Source: Thermoanaerobaculia bacterium
GTDB lineage: Bacteria > Acidobacteriota > Thermoanaerobaculia > Multivoradales > Multivoraceae
NCBI GenBank assembly: GCA_963666565.1
Contig: OY762911.1
Coordinates: 1,216,001 to 1,280,000 of the forward strand
DNA: 64,000 nucleotides
Direction: 5' to 3'
A model generated the notes under the pieces. It did not search any database. It was not told where the DNA came from and saw only the letters and a program-made list of their open reading frames with translations. Shown here piece by piece: positions 47,243-57,032 of this stretch; the stretch's first letter is position 1, and each line of letters opens with the position of its first letter. Made by a program: the position numbers and the translations under genes.

Positions 47243-48318
47243 TGCTTCTCGACCTGCTGCTGCCGCTCGGCGAGAGGATGGCGCCGTTCAACGTCGTCCA
47301 GTACATCACCTTCCGTTGCGCCTGCGCGGCGCTGACCGGGGTCGTGCTCAGCCTGCTGCTGGGCCCCAGCTTCATCCGGGCGGCGCGCCGGCTCTCGATC
47401 GGCCAGACGATCCGCGAGGAGGGGCCGGAGCGGCACAAGAGCAAGGCGGGCACGCCGACGATGGGCGGACTCCTGATCCTCACCGCCGTCATCGTGCCGA
47501 CGCTGCTGTGGTCGGACCTCTCGAACGTTTACGTCTGGCTGGCCGTCGGGACGACGGTCGCGCTCGGCGCCGTCGGCTTCGCCGACGACCTGATCAAGGT
47601 GAGGCGGCGCCACAACGGCGGGCTGAGCATGAAGGCGAAGTTCGGCCTGCAGCTCGTGGTGGGCGCCGCTCTCGGCGCCGCGCTCGTCAACTTCACGGAA
47701 CTCGACGCGACCCTGAGCTTCCCGTTCTTCAAGACCCTGATCCTCGAACTCGGGGTCTTCTACGTCCCGTTCGTGGCGATCCTGATCGCGGGGTCCTCGA
47801 ACGCGGTGAACCTGACGGACGGTCTGGACGGGCTGGCCATCGGGGCGACGCTGGTCGCCGCCGCCACCTACGCGATCTTCGCCTACATCGCGGGCAACTC
47901 GATCGCCTCCGGCTACCTGCAGGTCTCCTACGTGCCGGGCGCCGGCGAGGTCGCGATCATCTGCTCCGCCCTGGTCGGGGCCAGCCTGGGCTTCCTCTGG
48001 TTCAACGCCCATCCGGCGCAGGTGTTCATGGGCGACGTGGGATCGCTGGCGATCGGCGGCACGATCGGGGCGGTCGCGGTGCTCTCGAAGCAGGAACTGC
48101 TGCTGGTCCTGGTCGGCGGGCTGTTCGTCCTGGAGGCGCTGTCGGTCATCGTCCAGGTAGCGTCGTTCAAGACGACCGGCCGGCGGGTGCTGCGGATGGC
48201 GCCGCTTCACCACCACTTCGAACTCCGTGGCTGGAGCGAGAACCAGGTCATCGTCCGGTTCTGGATCCTCGCCGTCCTGTTCGCGTTCCTGGGTCTCTCG
48301 ACCCTGAAGCTGAGGTAG
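47242..48318 (+). CDS. mraY: Phospho-MurNAc-pentapeptide transferase
   Basis: KAGTPTMGG, NAVNLTDGLDGL, FMGDVGS and MAPLHHHFE motifs. Confidence 0.97.
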   Translation: MLLDLLLPLGERMAPFNVVQYITFRCACAALTGVVLSLLLGPSFIRAARRLSIGQTIREEGPERHKSKAGTPTMGGLLILTAVIVPTLLWSDLSNVYVWLAVGTTVALGAVGFADDLIKVRRRHNGGLSMKAKFGLQLVVGAALGAALVNFTELDATLSFPFFKTLILELGVFYVPFVAILIAGSSNAVNLTDGLDGLAIGATLVAAATYAIFAYIAGNSIASGYLQVSYVPGAGEVAIICSALVGASLGFLWFNAHPAQVFMGDVGSLAIGGTIGAVAVLSKQELLLVLVGGLFVLEALSVIVQVASFKTTGRRVLRMAPLHHHFELRGWSENQVIVRFWILAVLFAFLGLSTLKLR

Positions 48319-48321
48319 CCG

Positions 48322-49776
48322 GTGGGACTCGACGCGAGCCGTTCCGGGAATCCCGCCGCGCCGCCGGTTGCCGCGTGGCGGAACGCGCTGGTCTACGGCC
48401 TGGGCCTGTCGGGGGTCGCCGCCTCGCGGGCGCTCGCCGACCGGAACGTGCGCGTGGCGGCGGTGGACGGCCGCCCCGCCGCCGACCTGGGAGCGGCCGC
48501 CCGCGAACTGCTGCGAACCGGCCGGGTCGACGGTCTCGTCGCCGAGGAGGGGGCCGGGTTGCCGCCCGGCATCGACGCGGTCGTGCTGAGCCCCGGCGTG
48601 CCGCCGGACCGGCCGCTGCTGCGGGCCGCCCGCGCCGCCGGCGTGCCGATCCTGGCCGAGGTCGAGCTCGCCTGGCGCCTCCTGGAAGCGTCGTCGGCGC
48701 CGACCGTGGTCGGGGTGACCGGCAGCAACGGCAAGAGCACGACGACCGCGCTCGCCGGGGCGCTGCTGGAGGCGGCGGGACATCCGGTCGAGGTCTGCGG
48801 CAACATCGGCACGCCGCTCTGCGCGCGGGTCGACGGGCCGCCGGGCCGGGTCTTCGTCGTGGAGCTGTCGAGCTTCCAGTTGGAGGCGGTCGACCGGTTC
48901 CGTCCCCGCGCGGCGGCGCTTCTGAACATCAGCCCCGACCATCTCGACCGCTACGCGAACGTCGCGGACTACGCCGCCGCGAAGGCGCGCATCTTCGGCC
49001 GGCAGGCCGCCGGCGACGTCGCGGTGGTGAATGCCGACGACGGCGAGGCGCGCCGCTGGAGCGACGGGCGAGGCGGCGTGCCGGCCCCGGTCAGGCGGCG
49101 CTTCTTCTCCCGGCTGCGCCAGGTCGAGGACGGCTGCTACCTCGACCGCGACCGGGTGATCGAGGTCGGGCCGGAGTTCCGGCGCGAGCTGTTCCGGCTC
49201 GACGACCTGGCGCTCGACGGCCTGCACAGCGTCGAGAACGCGATGGCGGCCGCCCTCCTCGCCTCGGCGGTCGGCGCCGATCCGGGCCGCTTCCCGCCGG
49301 CGTTGCGCGCGTTCGAGGGCCTGCCGCACCGGATGCGGCTGACGGCGACGGTCGGCGGCGTCCGCTACTACAACGATTCGAAGGCGACGAACCCGGCGGC
49401 GGCGATGAAGGCGCTGGCCGGGTTCGAGGACGGCAGCGTCCACCTGATCCTCGGCGGCCGGGCGAAGGGCGAGAGCGCTGCCTTCGCCGGCCTGGCGTCG
49501 CTGGCCGGGGCGAAGGCGAAGGCGGTCTACCTGATCGGCGAGGCGGCGCCGGCGATCGCCTCCGTGCTTCCCGCCGCCGCCGCGCGCCGCCGGTGCGGCA
49601 CGCTCGACCGGGCGGTCGAGGAGGCGTCGGCGGCCGCGAGCCCGGGAGAGGCGGTGCTGCTCTCGCCGGCCTGCGCCAGCTTCGACCAGTTCGAGGACTT
49701 CGCGCAGCGCGGACGCCGCTTCGAGGAGCGGGTCCGGGCGCTCGCCGCGGCCGGCCGGGAGGGCGCCGATGGCTAG
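48322..49776 (+). CDS. murD: UDP-MurNAc-L-Ala--D-Glu ligase
   Basis: GLGLSG, GSNGKSTT, ELSSFQL, YNDSKATN and LLSPACASFDQF motifs. Confidence 0.96.
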   Translation: MGLDASRSGNPAAPPVAAWRNALVYGLGLSGVAASRALADRNVRVAAVDGRPAADLGAAARELLRTGRVDGLVAEEGAGLPPGIDAVVLSPGVPPDRPLLRAARAAGVPILAEVELAWRLLEASSAPTVVGVTGSNGKSTTTALAGALLEAAGHPVEVCGNIGTPLCARVDGPPGRVFVVELSSFQLEAVDRFRPRAAALLNISPDHLDRYANVADYAAAKARIFGRQAAGDVAVVNADDGEARRWSDGRGGVPAPVRRRFFSRLRQVEDGCYLDRDRVIEVGPEFRRELFRLDDLALDGLHSVENAMAAALLASAVGADPGRFPPALRAFEGLPHRMRLTATVGGVRYYNDSKATNPAAAMKALAGFEDGSVHLILGGRAKGESAAFAGLASLAGAKAKAVYLIGEAAPAIASVLPAAAARRRCGTLDRAVEEASAAASPGEAVLLSPACASFDQFEDFAQRGRRFEERVRALAAAGREGADG

Positions 49777-50845
49777 GAAGCTCGCGACCGACAAGGTCCT
49801 CTTCACGGTCGTCGTGCTGCTGATGGTGGCGGGCCTCGTGATGGTCTACTCCGCCAATCCGCCGGACCCGGACGGCGGCTTCAAGCGCCAGTTCGTCACC
49901 CAGTTGCTGGCGGCGGTCGTCGGCCTCGGGGCGATGCTGGTCCTGATGAACATCGACTACCGGCGCTGGGCGAAGCCGTGGCTCGTCTACGCCGGTCTCG
50001 GCGCGTCGCTCGTGCTGCTCGTCGTCGTGCTGGCGTCGGCGCCGATCAACGGCAGCAGCCGCTGGCTGTCCGTCGGGCCGCTGACCTTCCAGCCCTCCGA
50101 GCTGGCCAAGATCGCGGTCGTCGTCTTCCTCGCCTACCAGATCCACCACTGTCCGGAGGGCGTCAGCCGGCCCCGGGTGCTCGTGCCGTGCGGCATCGCG
50201 GTGGGACTCGTGACGCTGCTCGTCCTCCAGGCGCCCGACTTCGGCAGCGCCGCGCTGATCCTCGGGATCGCCGGCGTCATGCTGTTCCTGGCGGGCCTCT
50301 CGTGGCGCTGGATCGTGCCGGCGATGCTCGTTCTGCCGGCCCTCTTCGCTCTCTTCATCTGGGCCGAGCCCTACCGCAGGGAGCGCCTGCTCGGCTTCCT
50401 CTCGCCCGAGACCGATCCCTCGGGCAACGGCTTCCAGGTGCTGCAGTCGGCGATCGCCATCGGATCGGGCGGCCTGACCGGCCAGGGCCTGGGGGAGAGC
50501 GCCCAGAAGCTCTACTTCCTGCCGCTCGCCACGTCGGACTTCATCTTCTCGATCGTCAGCGAGGAACTGGGGCTGATCGGGGCCGCGGCGGTGCTGGCCG
50601 CGTTCGCGGTGCTGGCCTGGCGTGGCTACGTCGCCGGGCACCGCGCCCCGGACGTGTTCGGCCGCTTCCTCGCCTGGGGGCTGACTTCGGCCGTCCTGAT
50701 CCAGGCCCTCGTCAACGTCAGCGTCACCGTCGGACTCGTTCCGGTGACGGGCACTCCGCTGCCGTTCCTCTCGCACGGGGGTTCGTCCCTCGTCATGACC
50801 CTGGTCGCCTGCGGCCTGCTGTTGAGCGTCTCGGAGCATGGATGA
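49769..50845 (+). CDS. ftsW: SEDS peptidoglycan polymerase FtsW
   Basis: FQPSELAK, PDFG, DFIFSIVSEELG and PFLSHGGSS motifs. Confidence 0.95.
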   Translation: MARKLATDKVLFTVVVLLMVAGLVMVYSANPPDPDGGFKRQFVTQLLAAVVGLGAMLVLMNIDYRRWAKPWLVYAGLGASLVLLVVVLASAPINGSSRWLSVGPLTFQPSELAKIAVVVFLAYQIHHCPEGVSRPRVLVPCGIAVGLVTLLVLQAPDFGSAALILGIAGVMLFLAGLSWRWIVPAMLVLPALFALFIWAEPYRRERLLGFLSPETDPSGNGFQVLQSAIAIGSGGLTGQGLGESAQKLYFLPLATSDFIFSIVSEELGLIGAAAVLAAFAVLAWRGYVAGHRAPDVFGRFLAWGLTSAVLIQALVNVSVTVGLVPVTGTPLPFLSHGGSSLVMTLVACGLLLSVSEHG

Positions 50846-51948
50846 GCGCCGGCAGTCACCGCGGCACGGTCGTCTTTTCGGGCGGCGGCACGGGCGGCCA
50901 CGTGTTTCCCGGCCTGGCGGTCGCGGAGGAGCTCCGGGCGCGCGGCTGGAACGCGGCGTGGATCGGGCGGCGCGGCAGCCTCGAGGAGCGGCTGGTCGCG
51001 GCGGCCGGCGTCGACTTCAGGGCCCTGCCGGCGCGGCCGTTCGTCGACCGCGGCGGTGCCCAGCGGACGGCCGCCCTGGCGGTGCTGCTGCTGTCCACCC
51101 TGCGCGCCGCGGCGGTCCTGCGCCGGTTCCGGGCGGCGCTGGTGTTCGCGACCGGCGGCTACGTCTGCGCGCCGGCGGCGCTGGCGTCCCGGCTCCACGG
51201 CTGCGGGCTCTACCTGCTCGAACCGAACGCGGAGAGCGGCGCCGCGAACCGGCGGCTGTCCCGCATGGCGACGGAGGCGGGCGTGGCCTTCGAGTCGGCG
51301 GCCGGAGGGATGGCGTGCGAGACGCGCCTCGTCGGCGTTCCGGTGCGCCGGGCCTTCCTGGAGGTCGGGGAACCGCGCCCGGCCGGGGACCGGGTGCGGG
51401 TCCTCGTCCTGGGCGGCAGCCAGGGCGCCGAGGCGCTGAACCGGCACTTGCCGGAGCTGTTCGCCCGCGCGGCCCGGCGTCGCCGGGTCGAGGTCACGCA
51501 CCAGTCCGGTCCGGCCTGGGAGGAACGGACGCGCGACCGCTACGAGAGGCTGGCGGCGCCGGGGCTCGCGGCCACGGTGACCGGCTTCGTCGGGGACGCC
51601 GCGGGAGCGATGGCGGCGCACGACCTGATCGTGTCGCGGGCCGGAGCGGTGACGGTGGCGGAGATCGCCGCCGCCGGCCGGCCGGCGGTCTACGTGCCGC
51701 TGCCGATAGCCGCCGGGCACCAGCGGGCGAACGCCCGCGCGATGGTCGAGGCGGGCGGCGCGATCCTGGTCGAGCAGGAGGACCTGCCGGGCGAGGCCGC
51801 CGCGGAACGCTGCGCGCGGCTGTTCCGGGACGGCGGACGCCTTCTGGCCATGGCGCGGGCGGCGCGGGGCGCGAGCCGGAGCGACGCGGCGAGCGAGATC
51901 GCGGCGCGGGTCTGCGACATCGCCGGGCCTCGGGGGAGGACCCGCTGA
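50842..51948 (+). CDS. murG: Lipid II GlcNAc transferase
   Basis: GGGTGGHVFP, TGGY, GGSQGA, SRAGA and HQRANA motifs. Confidence 0.95.
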   Translation: MSAGSHRGTVVFSGGGTGGHVFPGLAVAEELRARGWNAAWIGRRGSLEERLVAAAGVDFRALPARPFVDRGGAQRTAALAVLLLSTLRAAAVLRRFRAALVFATGGYVCAPAALASRLHGCGLYLLEPNAESGAANRRLSRMATEAGVAFESAAGGMACETRLVGVPVRRAFLEVGEPRPAGDRVRVLVLGGSQGAEALNRHLPELFARAARRRRVEVTHQSGPAWEERTRDRYERLAAPGLAATVTGFVGDAAGAMAAHDLIVSRAGAVTVAEIAAAGRPAVYVPLPIAAGHQRANARAMVEAGGAILVEQEDLPGEAAAERCARLFRDGGRLLAMARAARGASRSDAASEIAARVCDIAGPRGRTR

Positions 51949-53372
51949 TGCTCCTCTTCCTGCGAACCGCGGGGCTCGAGCGGGTCCACTTCGTCGGCAT
52001 CGGCGGCGCCGGCATGAGCGGCATCGCCGAGATCCTGCTGAACTACGAACTGGACGTCAGCGGCTCCGACCTGCAGGCGAGCGAGACGACGGAGCGGCTC
52101 GCGGCCCTCGGCGCCCGGATTGCCGTCGGCCACGGCGCGGAGAACGTCGACCGGGCCGACCTGGTCGTCGTGTCGTCGGCGGTGCCGGCCGGCAACGAGG
52201 AGGTCGCGGCGGCCCGGCGGCGCGGCGTGCCGGTCGTGCGCCGCGCCCAGATGCTGGCCGAACTGATGCGGCTCAAGTACGGCATCGCCGTCGCCGGCAC
52301 GCACGGCAAGACGACGACGACGTCGCTCATCGGCAGCGTGCTGACGGACGCCGGCCTCGATCCGACGGTGATCGTCGGCGGCCGCCTTCGCGTCTCCGGC
52401 ACGGGCGCCCGCTTCGGGAGCAGCGACTACCTGGTCGCCGAGGCGGACGAGTTCGACCGCAGCTTCCTCGATCTGGCGCCGGTGGTCGCGGTGATCACGA
52501 ACGTCGACGTCGATCACCTCGACACCTACCGCGACCTGGCCGACATCCAGGACGCCTTCGTGCAGTTCGCCGGTCGCGTGCCGTTCTTCGGCCAGGTGAT
52601 CGCCTGTGCCGACGACGCGAACGTGCGGGAACTGCTGCCGCGGCTCGCCGACCGGCGGATCGTCACCTACGGCTTCGATCCGGGGGCCGACCTGCGGGCG
52701 ATGGACGTGGCGGCGGCGGGCGCGGGCGTCCGGTTCCGGGTCGCCGATACCCAGGCCGGCCCGCTCGGCGCCCTGGAACTGCCGATGCCAGGACGGCACA
52801 ACGTCCTGAATGCCCTGGCGGCCGTGGCCGCGGCGCGCGCGGTCGGCCTCGACTTCGAGGCGGCGGCCGCCGCGCTGTCCCGGTTCCGCGGCGTCCACCG
52901 GCGCTTCGAGCGAGTCGGCGAGTGGCGCGGCGCGACGGTGATCGACGACTACGCGCACCATCCGGCGGAAGTGGAGGCGACGCTGAAGGCGGCCCGCGAG
53001 GCGATCGGCCTCGGCCGCGGCAACGGCGCCGGCGGCGGCCGGATTCACGCCGTCTTCCAGCCCCACCTGTTCAGCCGCACGCGGGACATGGCGGACGACT
53101 TCGGCCGCGCCCTGCTGCTGGCCGACAACGTCCTCGTCGCCGACGTCTACCCGTCGCGCGAGCAGCCGATCCCGGGCGTGGACGCGGGGTTGGTGGTGAC
53201 CGCCGCCGAGCGCGCCGGCCATCCCAGCGTCAGCGGCTGCGGGCCGTGGCGGACGGCGCCCGACCGGCTCCGTTCCGGCGTCGGGGCGGGCGACATGGTC
53301 CTGACCCTGGGTGCGGGCGACATCTACCGGCTGGCTCGCCGGCTGGCGGCCGGCGGGGAGGACGCCGCGTGA
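51948..53372 (+). CDS. murC: UDP-MurNAc--L-alanine ligase
   Basis: HFVGIGGAGMSG, GTHGKTTT, EADEFD, DDYAHHP and FQPH motifs. Confidence 0.96.
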   Translation: MLLFLRTAGLERVHFVGIGGAGMSGIAEILLNYELDVSGSDLQASETTERLAALGARIAVGHGAENVDRADLVVVSSAVPAGNEEVAAARRRGVPVVRRAQMLAELMRLKYGIAVAGTHGKTTTTSLIGSVLTDAGLDPTVIVGGRLRVSGTGARFGSSDYLVAEADEFDRSFLDLAPVVAVITNVDVDHLDTYRDLADIQDAFVQFAGRVPFFGQVIACADDANVRELLPRLADRRIVTYGFDPGADLRAMDVAAAGAGVRFRVADTQAGPLGALELPMPGRHNVLNALAAVAAARAVGLDFEAAAAALSRFRGVHRRFERVGEWRGATVIDDYAHHPAEVEATLKAAREAIGLGRGNGAGGGRIHAVFQPHLFSRTRDMADDFGRALLLADNVLVADVYPSREQPIPGVDAGLVVTAAERAGHPSVSGCGPWRTAPDRLRSGVGAGDMVLTLGAGDIYRLARRLAAGGEDAA

Positions 53373-54274
53373 GCCGGCGAACGAAGCGGCGGCGCGGAGG
53401 CGCCCGCCGGCCCGTGCGCCGGCGCCGGCCGCGCCCGGTCCTCTGGCTGGCGCTGGGCGCCGGCAAGGTCCTGCTCGGCATCGCGCCGGTGGTGGGAGTC
53501 GGCGTGTGGCTGGCGACGGCCCCGGTGTTCGATCTCGAGCTCGACGTCCGGATCGAAGACGCGGAACGGGTGTCCGAAGAGTGGGTCAGAAGCCGGCTCG
53601 CTCCTCTGGAGGGGCGAAACCTGCCGCTTCTCTCCCTGGCGCCCGCCGCCAGACGCCTCGATCACGAGTGGATTCGCGAGGCGAAGCTGGTGAAGCGCCT
53701 GCCGAACGAGCTCGCCGTGCGGGTCGTGGAGCACGAACCGGCCGCGACGTTCGCGGCCGGGGAGCGGGCCTGGGTGATCGACCGCGACGGCCGGGCGATC
53801 GTGACCTGCGAGCGCGCGCCCGACCTCTGCAATGGGGATCTGGTCCGCGTGTCGGTCGAGGGCGCGGCGGCCGGCGAGCGCCTGGCGGACGGCCCGGCGC
53901 GGAACCCGGGCGCCGGCCAGACGCCGCCCAGGGACGTTCCCGGCGAGGTGCTGGCGCGAACGCTGAAGCGGGCGGTCGACGTGGCGACCGAGGTGAAGGC
54001 GTTCGAGTGGGGCCGGCAGGTCCGCGCGGTGGAGGTCATCAGCGACGACGACTACCTGCTCGCCTGCAGCGGCCGTCCGGCGACGGTGCTCGTGCGCGGT
54101 AACGACCTGGCCGCCAAGGCCTCGGTGTTCGAGTTGCTGCACAGCGCGATCCGGGAACACAACGACCCCGAAGTCGTGGACCTGCGGTTCAGGGACCGGA
54201 TCGTCCTGTCGATGGAGGCGCCGGGCGCGGACCGCGGCGCGGCCGTCGACGACGGAGTTCAGGCCCCTTCCTAG
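53369..54274 (+). CDS. ftsQ: Cell division protein FtsQ/DivIB
   Basis: TM plus POTRA-like WIREAKLVKRLPNELAVRVVE; C-terminal VDLRF. Confidence 0.88.
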   Translation: MSRRTKRRRGGARRPVRRRRPRPVLWLALGAGKVLLGIAPVVGVGVWLATAPVFDLELDVRIEDAERVSEEWVRSRLAPLEGRNLPLLSLAPAARRLDHEWIREAKLVKRLPNELAVRVVEHEPAATFAAGERAWVIDRDGRAIVTCERAPDLCNGDLVRVSVEGAAAGERLADGPARNPGAGQTPPRDVPGEVLARTLKRAVDVATEVKAFEWGRQVRAVEVISDDDYLLACSGRPATVLVRGNDLAAKASVFELLHSAIREHNDPEVVDLRFRDRIVLSMEAPGADRGAAVDDGVQAPS

Positions 54275-54293
54275 CGAGAGAGGACGAAGAAGG

Positions 54294-55544
54294 ATGCCGA
54301 AAACGGATACGCACGTGGTTGCCATCGACGTGGGCTCGGCCAAGGTTGGCGTGCTGATCGCCGATCGCGCGGAGGTCGAGGGGGAACGGTCCCTCGAGAT
54401 CGTCGGCGTCGGCCGGGCGCCCAACCGCGGCACGCTGCGGGGCCACATCGTCAACGTCGACGCGACGGTGAGCGCGCTCAAGCGCGCGACCGAGGAAGCC
54501 GAAACGATGGCCGGAGTCGAGATCTCCCGCGCCTTCGTCGGCCTCGGCGGCTCCGACGTGCGGTCGGCGAACAGCCACGGGACGGCCTACGTCGACTGCG
54601 GCGACCGCGGCATCTCGCGCGCCGACATCGACCTCGTGCTGAACGCCGCCCGGGGCGTGCCGCTGCCCCCGGATCGGGAGATCCTGCACGCGATTCCGCA
54701 GGAGTTCGCGGTCGACGATCACGGCGGCATCGCGGATCCGCACGGGATGCTGGGCAGCCGGCTGGAGGCCAGGGTCCACCTGGTGATGGGCCACGCGCCG
54801 CGGACCAGGACGCTCATCCGCTGCCTGAACCGGGCCGGCGTGGAGGCCGAGGAGGTCGTGTTCGAACCGCTCGCGACGGCCGAGGCGGTTCTGCTTCCCG
54901 ACGAGCGCGAACTGGGCGTCCTGCTGCTGGACATCGGGTCCGGCACCTGCGGCTTCGCCTTCTTCCACCAGGCGGAAGTGCAGTACAGCGGCGTCCTGCC
55001 GTTCGGCGCCAGCCACTTCACGGCCGACCTGGCCTCCGTGCTCCGCACCTCGTTCGCTGGCGCCGAGACGCTGAAGCTGCGGGACGGCTGCTGCCTGGTC
55101 GGCCTGATCGACGGCGACGACGGGGTGGCGGTGCCGAGCGTGTCGGGCGGCAGCAGCAGGACGATCGCGCGGGGGAGTCTCGCCGAGATCCTCCAGGCGC
55201 GGGCCGAGGAGATGTTCCAGCTCGTCCAGGCGGAGATCGAGAAGGCCGGCTGTGCCGACCGGCTCCGGGGCGGGGTCGTCCTCACGGGAGGCGGTTCCAA
55301 GCTGGTCGGCCTTGCCGAACTGGCCCAGCAGGTCTTCGCGTGCGACGTCCGTTACGGCGTGCCGCTCGGTCTCGTGAGCGAGATCGAGGGCCTCACCGAT
55401 CCGACCTGGGCCGCGGCCGCGGGTCTCGTCCGCTATGCCGTCGCCTCCGAGGAGGCTCGTCAGCCCATCGCTCGCCGCCGCTCTCTGGGCGGGGTGCGCT
55501 CGGTGATGGGCAATCTGCGCCAGATGTTCAGCGATCTTGTCTGA
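54294..55544 (+). CDS. ftsA: Cell division protein FtsA
   Basis: IDVGSAK, LDIGSGT and VVLTGGGS motifs; C-terminal amphipathic helix. Confidence 0.95.
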   Translation: MPKTDTHVVAIDVGSAKVGVLIADRAEVEGERSLEIVGVGRAPNRGTLRGHIVNVDATVSALKRATEEAETMAGVEISRAFVGLGGSDVRSANSHGTAYVDCGDRGISRADIDLVLNAARGVPLPPDREILHAIPQEFAVDDHGGIADPHGMLGSRLEARVHLVMGHAPRTRTLIRCLNRAGVEAEEVVFEPLATAEAVLLPDERELGVLLLDIGSGTCGFAFFHQAEVQYSGVLPFGASHFTADLASVLRTSFAGAETLKLRDGCCLVGLIDGDDGVAVPSVSGGSSRTIARGSLAEILQARAEEMFQLVQAEIEKAGCADRLRGGVVLTGGGSKLVGLAELAQQVFACDVRYGVPLGLVSEIEGLTDPTWAAAAGLVRYAVASEEARQPIARRRSLGGVRSVMGNLRQMFSDLV

Positions 55545-55586
55545 TTCCGGGTATCGAACGACCAAAGGGTCCGAAAGGGAGAAACC

Positions 55587-56870
55587 ATGATTCTGATGGA
55601 AGGACAGCAGCCGACCGAGATGAAGCCGACCGGGATCGAACCGGCGATCGACGAACCGACGATCGACGAGGGGGTCTCTTCCGAGGAGAACTTCGGACCG
55701 GCGAAGATCGTCGTGGTGGGGGTCGGCGGGGGCGGCGGCAACGCCGTCAACCGGATGATCGCCGCCAATCTGAGCGGCATCGAGTTCATTGCCGCCAACA
55801 CCGACCTGCAGGCCCTGCGGCGTTGCGAGGCGCCGACGAAGCTGCAGCTCGGACGCAAGATCACCCGCGGCCTGGGCGCCGGCGCCGACCCGGAGGTCGG
55901 CCGCAACTCGGCGCTCGAGGACACGGACAAGATCCTGGACCTGCTGAGCGGAGCGGACATGGTGTTCCTGGCGGCCGGCCTGGGCGGCGGCACGGGCACC
56001 GGCGCGGCGCCGATCATCGGTTCCCTGTCGGCCGAGGTCGGCGCCCTGACCGTCGCCGTCGTCACGAAGCCCTTCGCGTTCGAGGGCCGGCGCCGGATGC
56101 GGCTCGCGGAACGCGGACTCGAGGAACTGCACAAGGCCGTCGACACGGTCATCGCCATCCCGAACGAGCGGCTCCTCAGCTTCGTCGACCGGGGCACCTC
56201 GCTCTCCGAGGCGTTCACGACGGCCGACGACGTGCTGCGGCAGTCGGTCCAGGGCATCAGCGACCTGATCACGATGCCGGGCGAGGTGAACGCCGACTTC
56301 GCCGACGTGCGGGCGATCATGTGCGGCCAGGGCATCGCGGTGATGGGCACGGGCGTGGCGTCGGGCGACAGCCGGGCGCTCGAGGCGGCGCAGCGGGCGG
56401 TGTCCTCGCCGCTGCTCGAGGACGCCTCGATCGAGGGCGCCAAGGGGTGTCTCATCAACATCACCGGCGGCAGTTCGCTGACCCTCCACGAGGTGGCGGA
56501 AGCCGCCGGCACGATCTCCGACGCGGTCGACCCGGACGGGACGATCATCTCCGGCCTGGTGGTCGACGAGTCGATGGGAGACGAGGTGAAGGTGACGGTG
56601 ATTGCTACCGGCTTCTCCGAGGACCGGCAGCCGCGCGAAGGCGCCGCGGCCAGCTCCGCCGAGGCCGGAGCGGCGGTCCCCGGCGATCCGGCCATGGCCG
56701 ATGCGGACGCCGCGGAGCAGGAGGCCGGCACGGAAGAGGCCGGCCAGCCCGGCTTCCGCGACCGCATGCTGGCCGAGCACCACAAGATCGACCCGGGCGG
56801 CTACGGACCCAACTGGAGGAACGTCGACGACTACGACATCCCGACCGTCCTCCGCAAGCAGATGGACTGA
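55587..56870 (+). CDS. ftsZ: Cell division protein FtsZ
   Basis: [17 protein letters not shown] and NADFADV motifs; C-terminal [11 protein letters not shown]. Confidence 0.98.
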   Translation: MILMEGQQPTEMKPTGIEPAIDEPTIDEGVSSEENFGPAKIVVVGVGGGGGNAVNRMIAANLSGIEFIAANTDLQALRRCEAPTKLQLGRKITRGLGAGADPEVGRNSALEDTDKILDLLSGADMVFLAAGLGGGTGTGAAPIIGSLSAEVGALTVAVVTKPFAFEGRRRMRLAERGLEELHKAVDTVIAIPNERLLSFVDRGTSLSEAFTTADDVLRQSVQGISDLITMPGEVNADFADVRAIMCGQGIAVMGTGVASGDSRALEAAQRAVSSPLLEDASIEGAKGCLINITGGSSLTLHEVAEAAGTISDAVDPDGTIISGLVVDESMGDEVKVTVIATGFSEDRQPREGAAASSAEAGAAVPGDPAMADADAAEQEAGTEEAGQPGFRDRMLAEHHKIDPGGYGPNWRNVDDYDIPTVLRKQMD

Positions 56871-56889
56871 GCCGTCCAAGGTCGTCCAC

Positions 56890-57029
56890 CGGGTGCGCGG
56901 GTCCTCTGACCCGCTGCCGGCGTAGCCGGCCGGAAAGACGCGCCGGCCTCGGGCCGGCGTCCGTTCTCCCCGGTCTCCGCCGCTTCGCGGCTGCGGCCGG
57001 AACGCGGGTCAGAAGACCCGCGCACCCGG
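56890..57029. repeat. Inverted REP doublet (REPIN-like) between convergent ftsZ and argS
   Basis: CGGGTGC-GCGGGTC-CTCT-GACCCGC (56890-56914) and GCGGGTC-AGAA-GACCCGC-GCACCCGG (57004-57029) in opposite orientation. Confidence 0.85.
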
Positions 57030-57032
57030 CCG

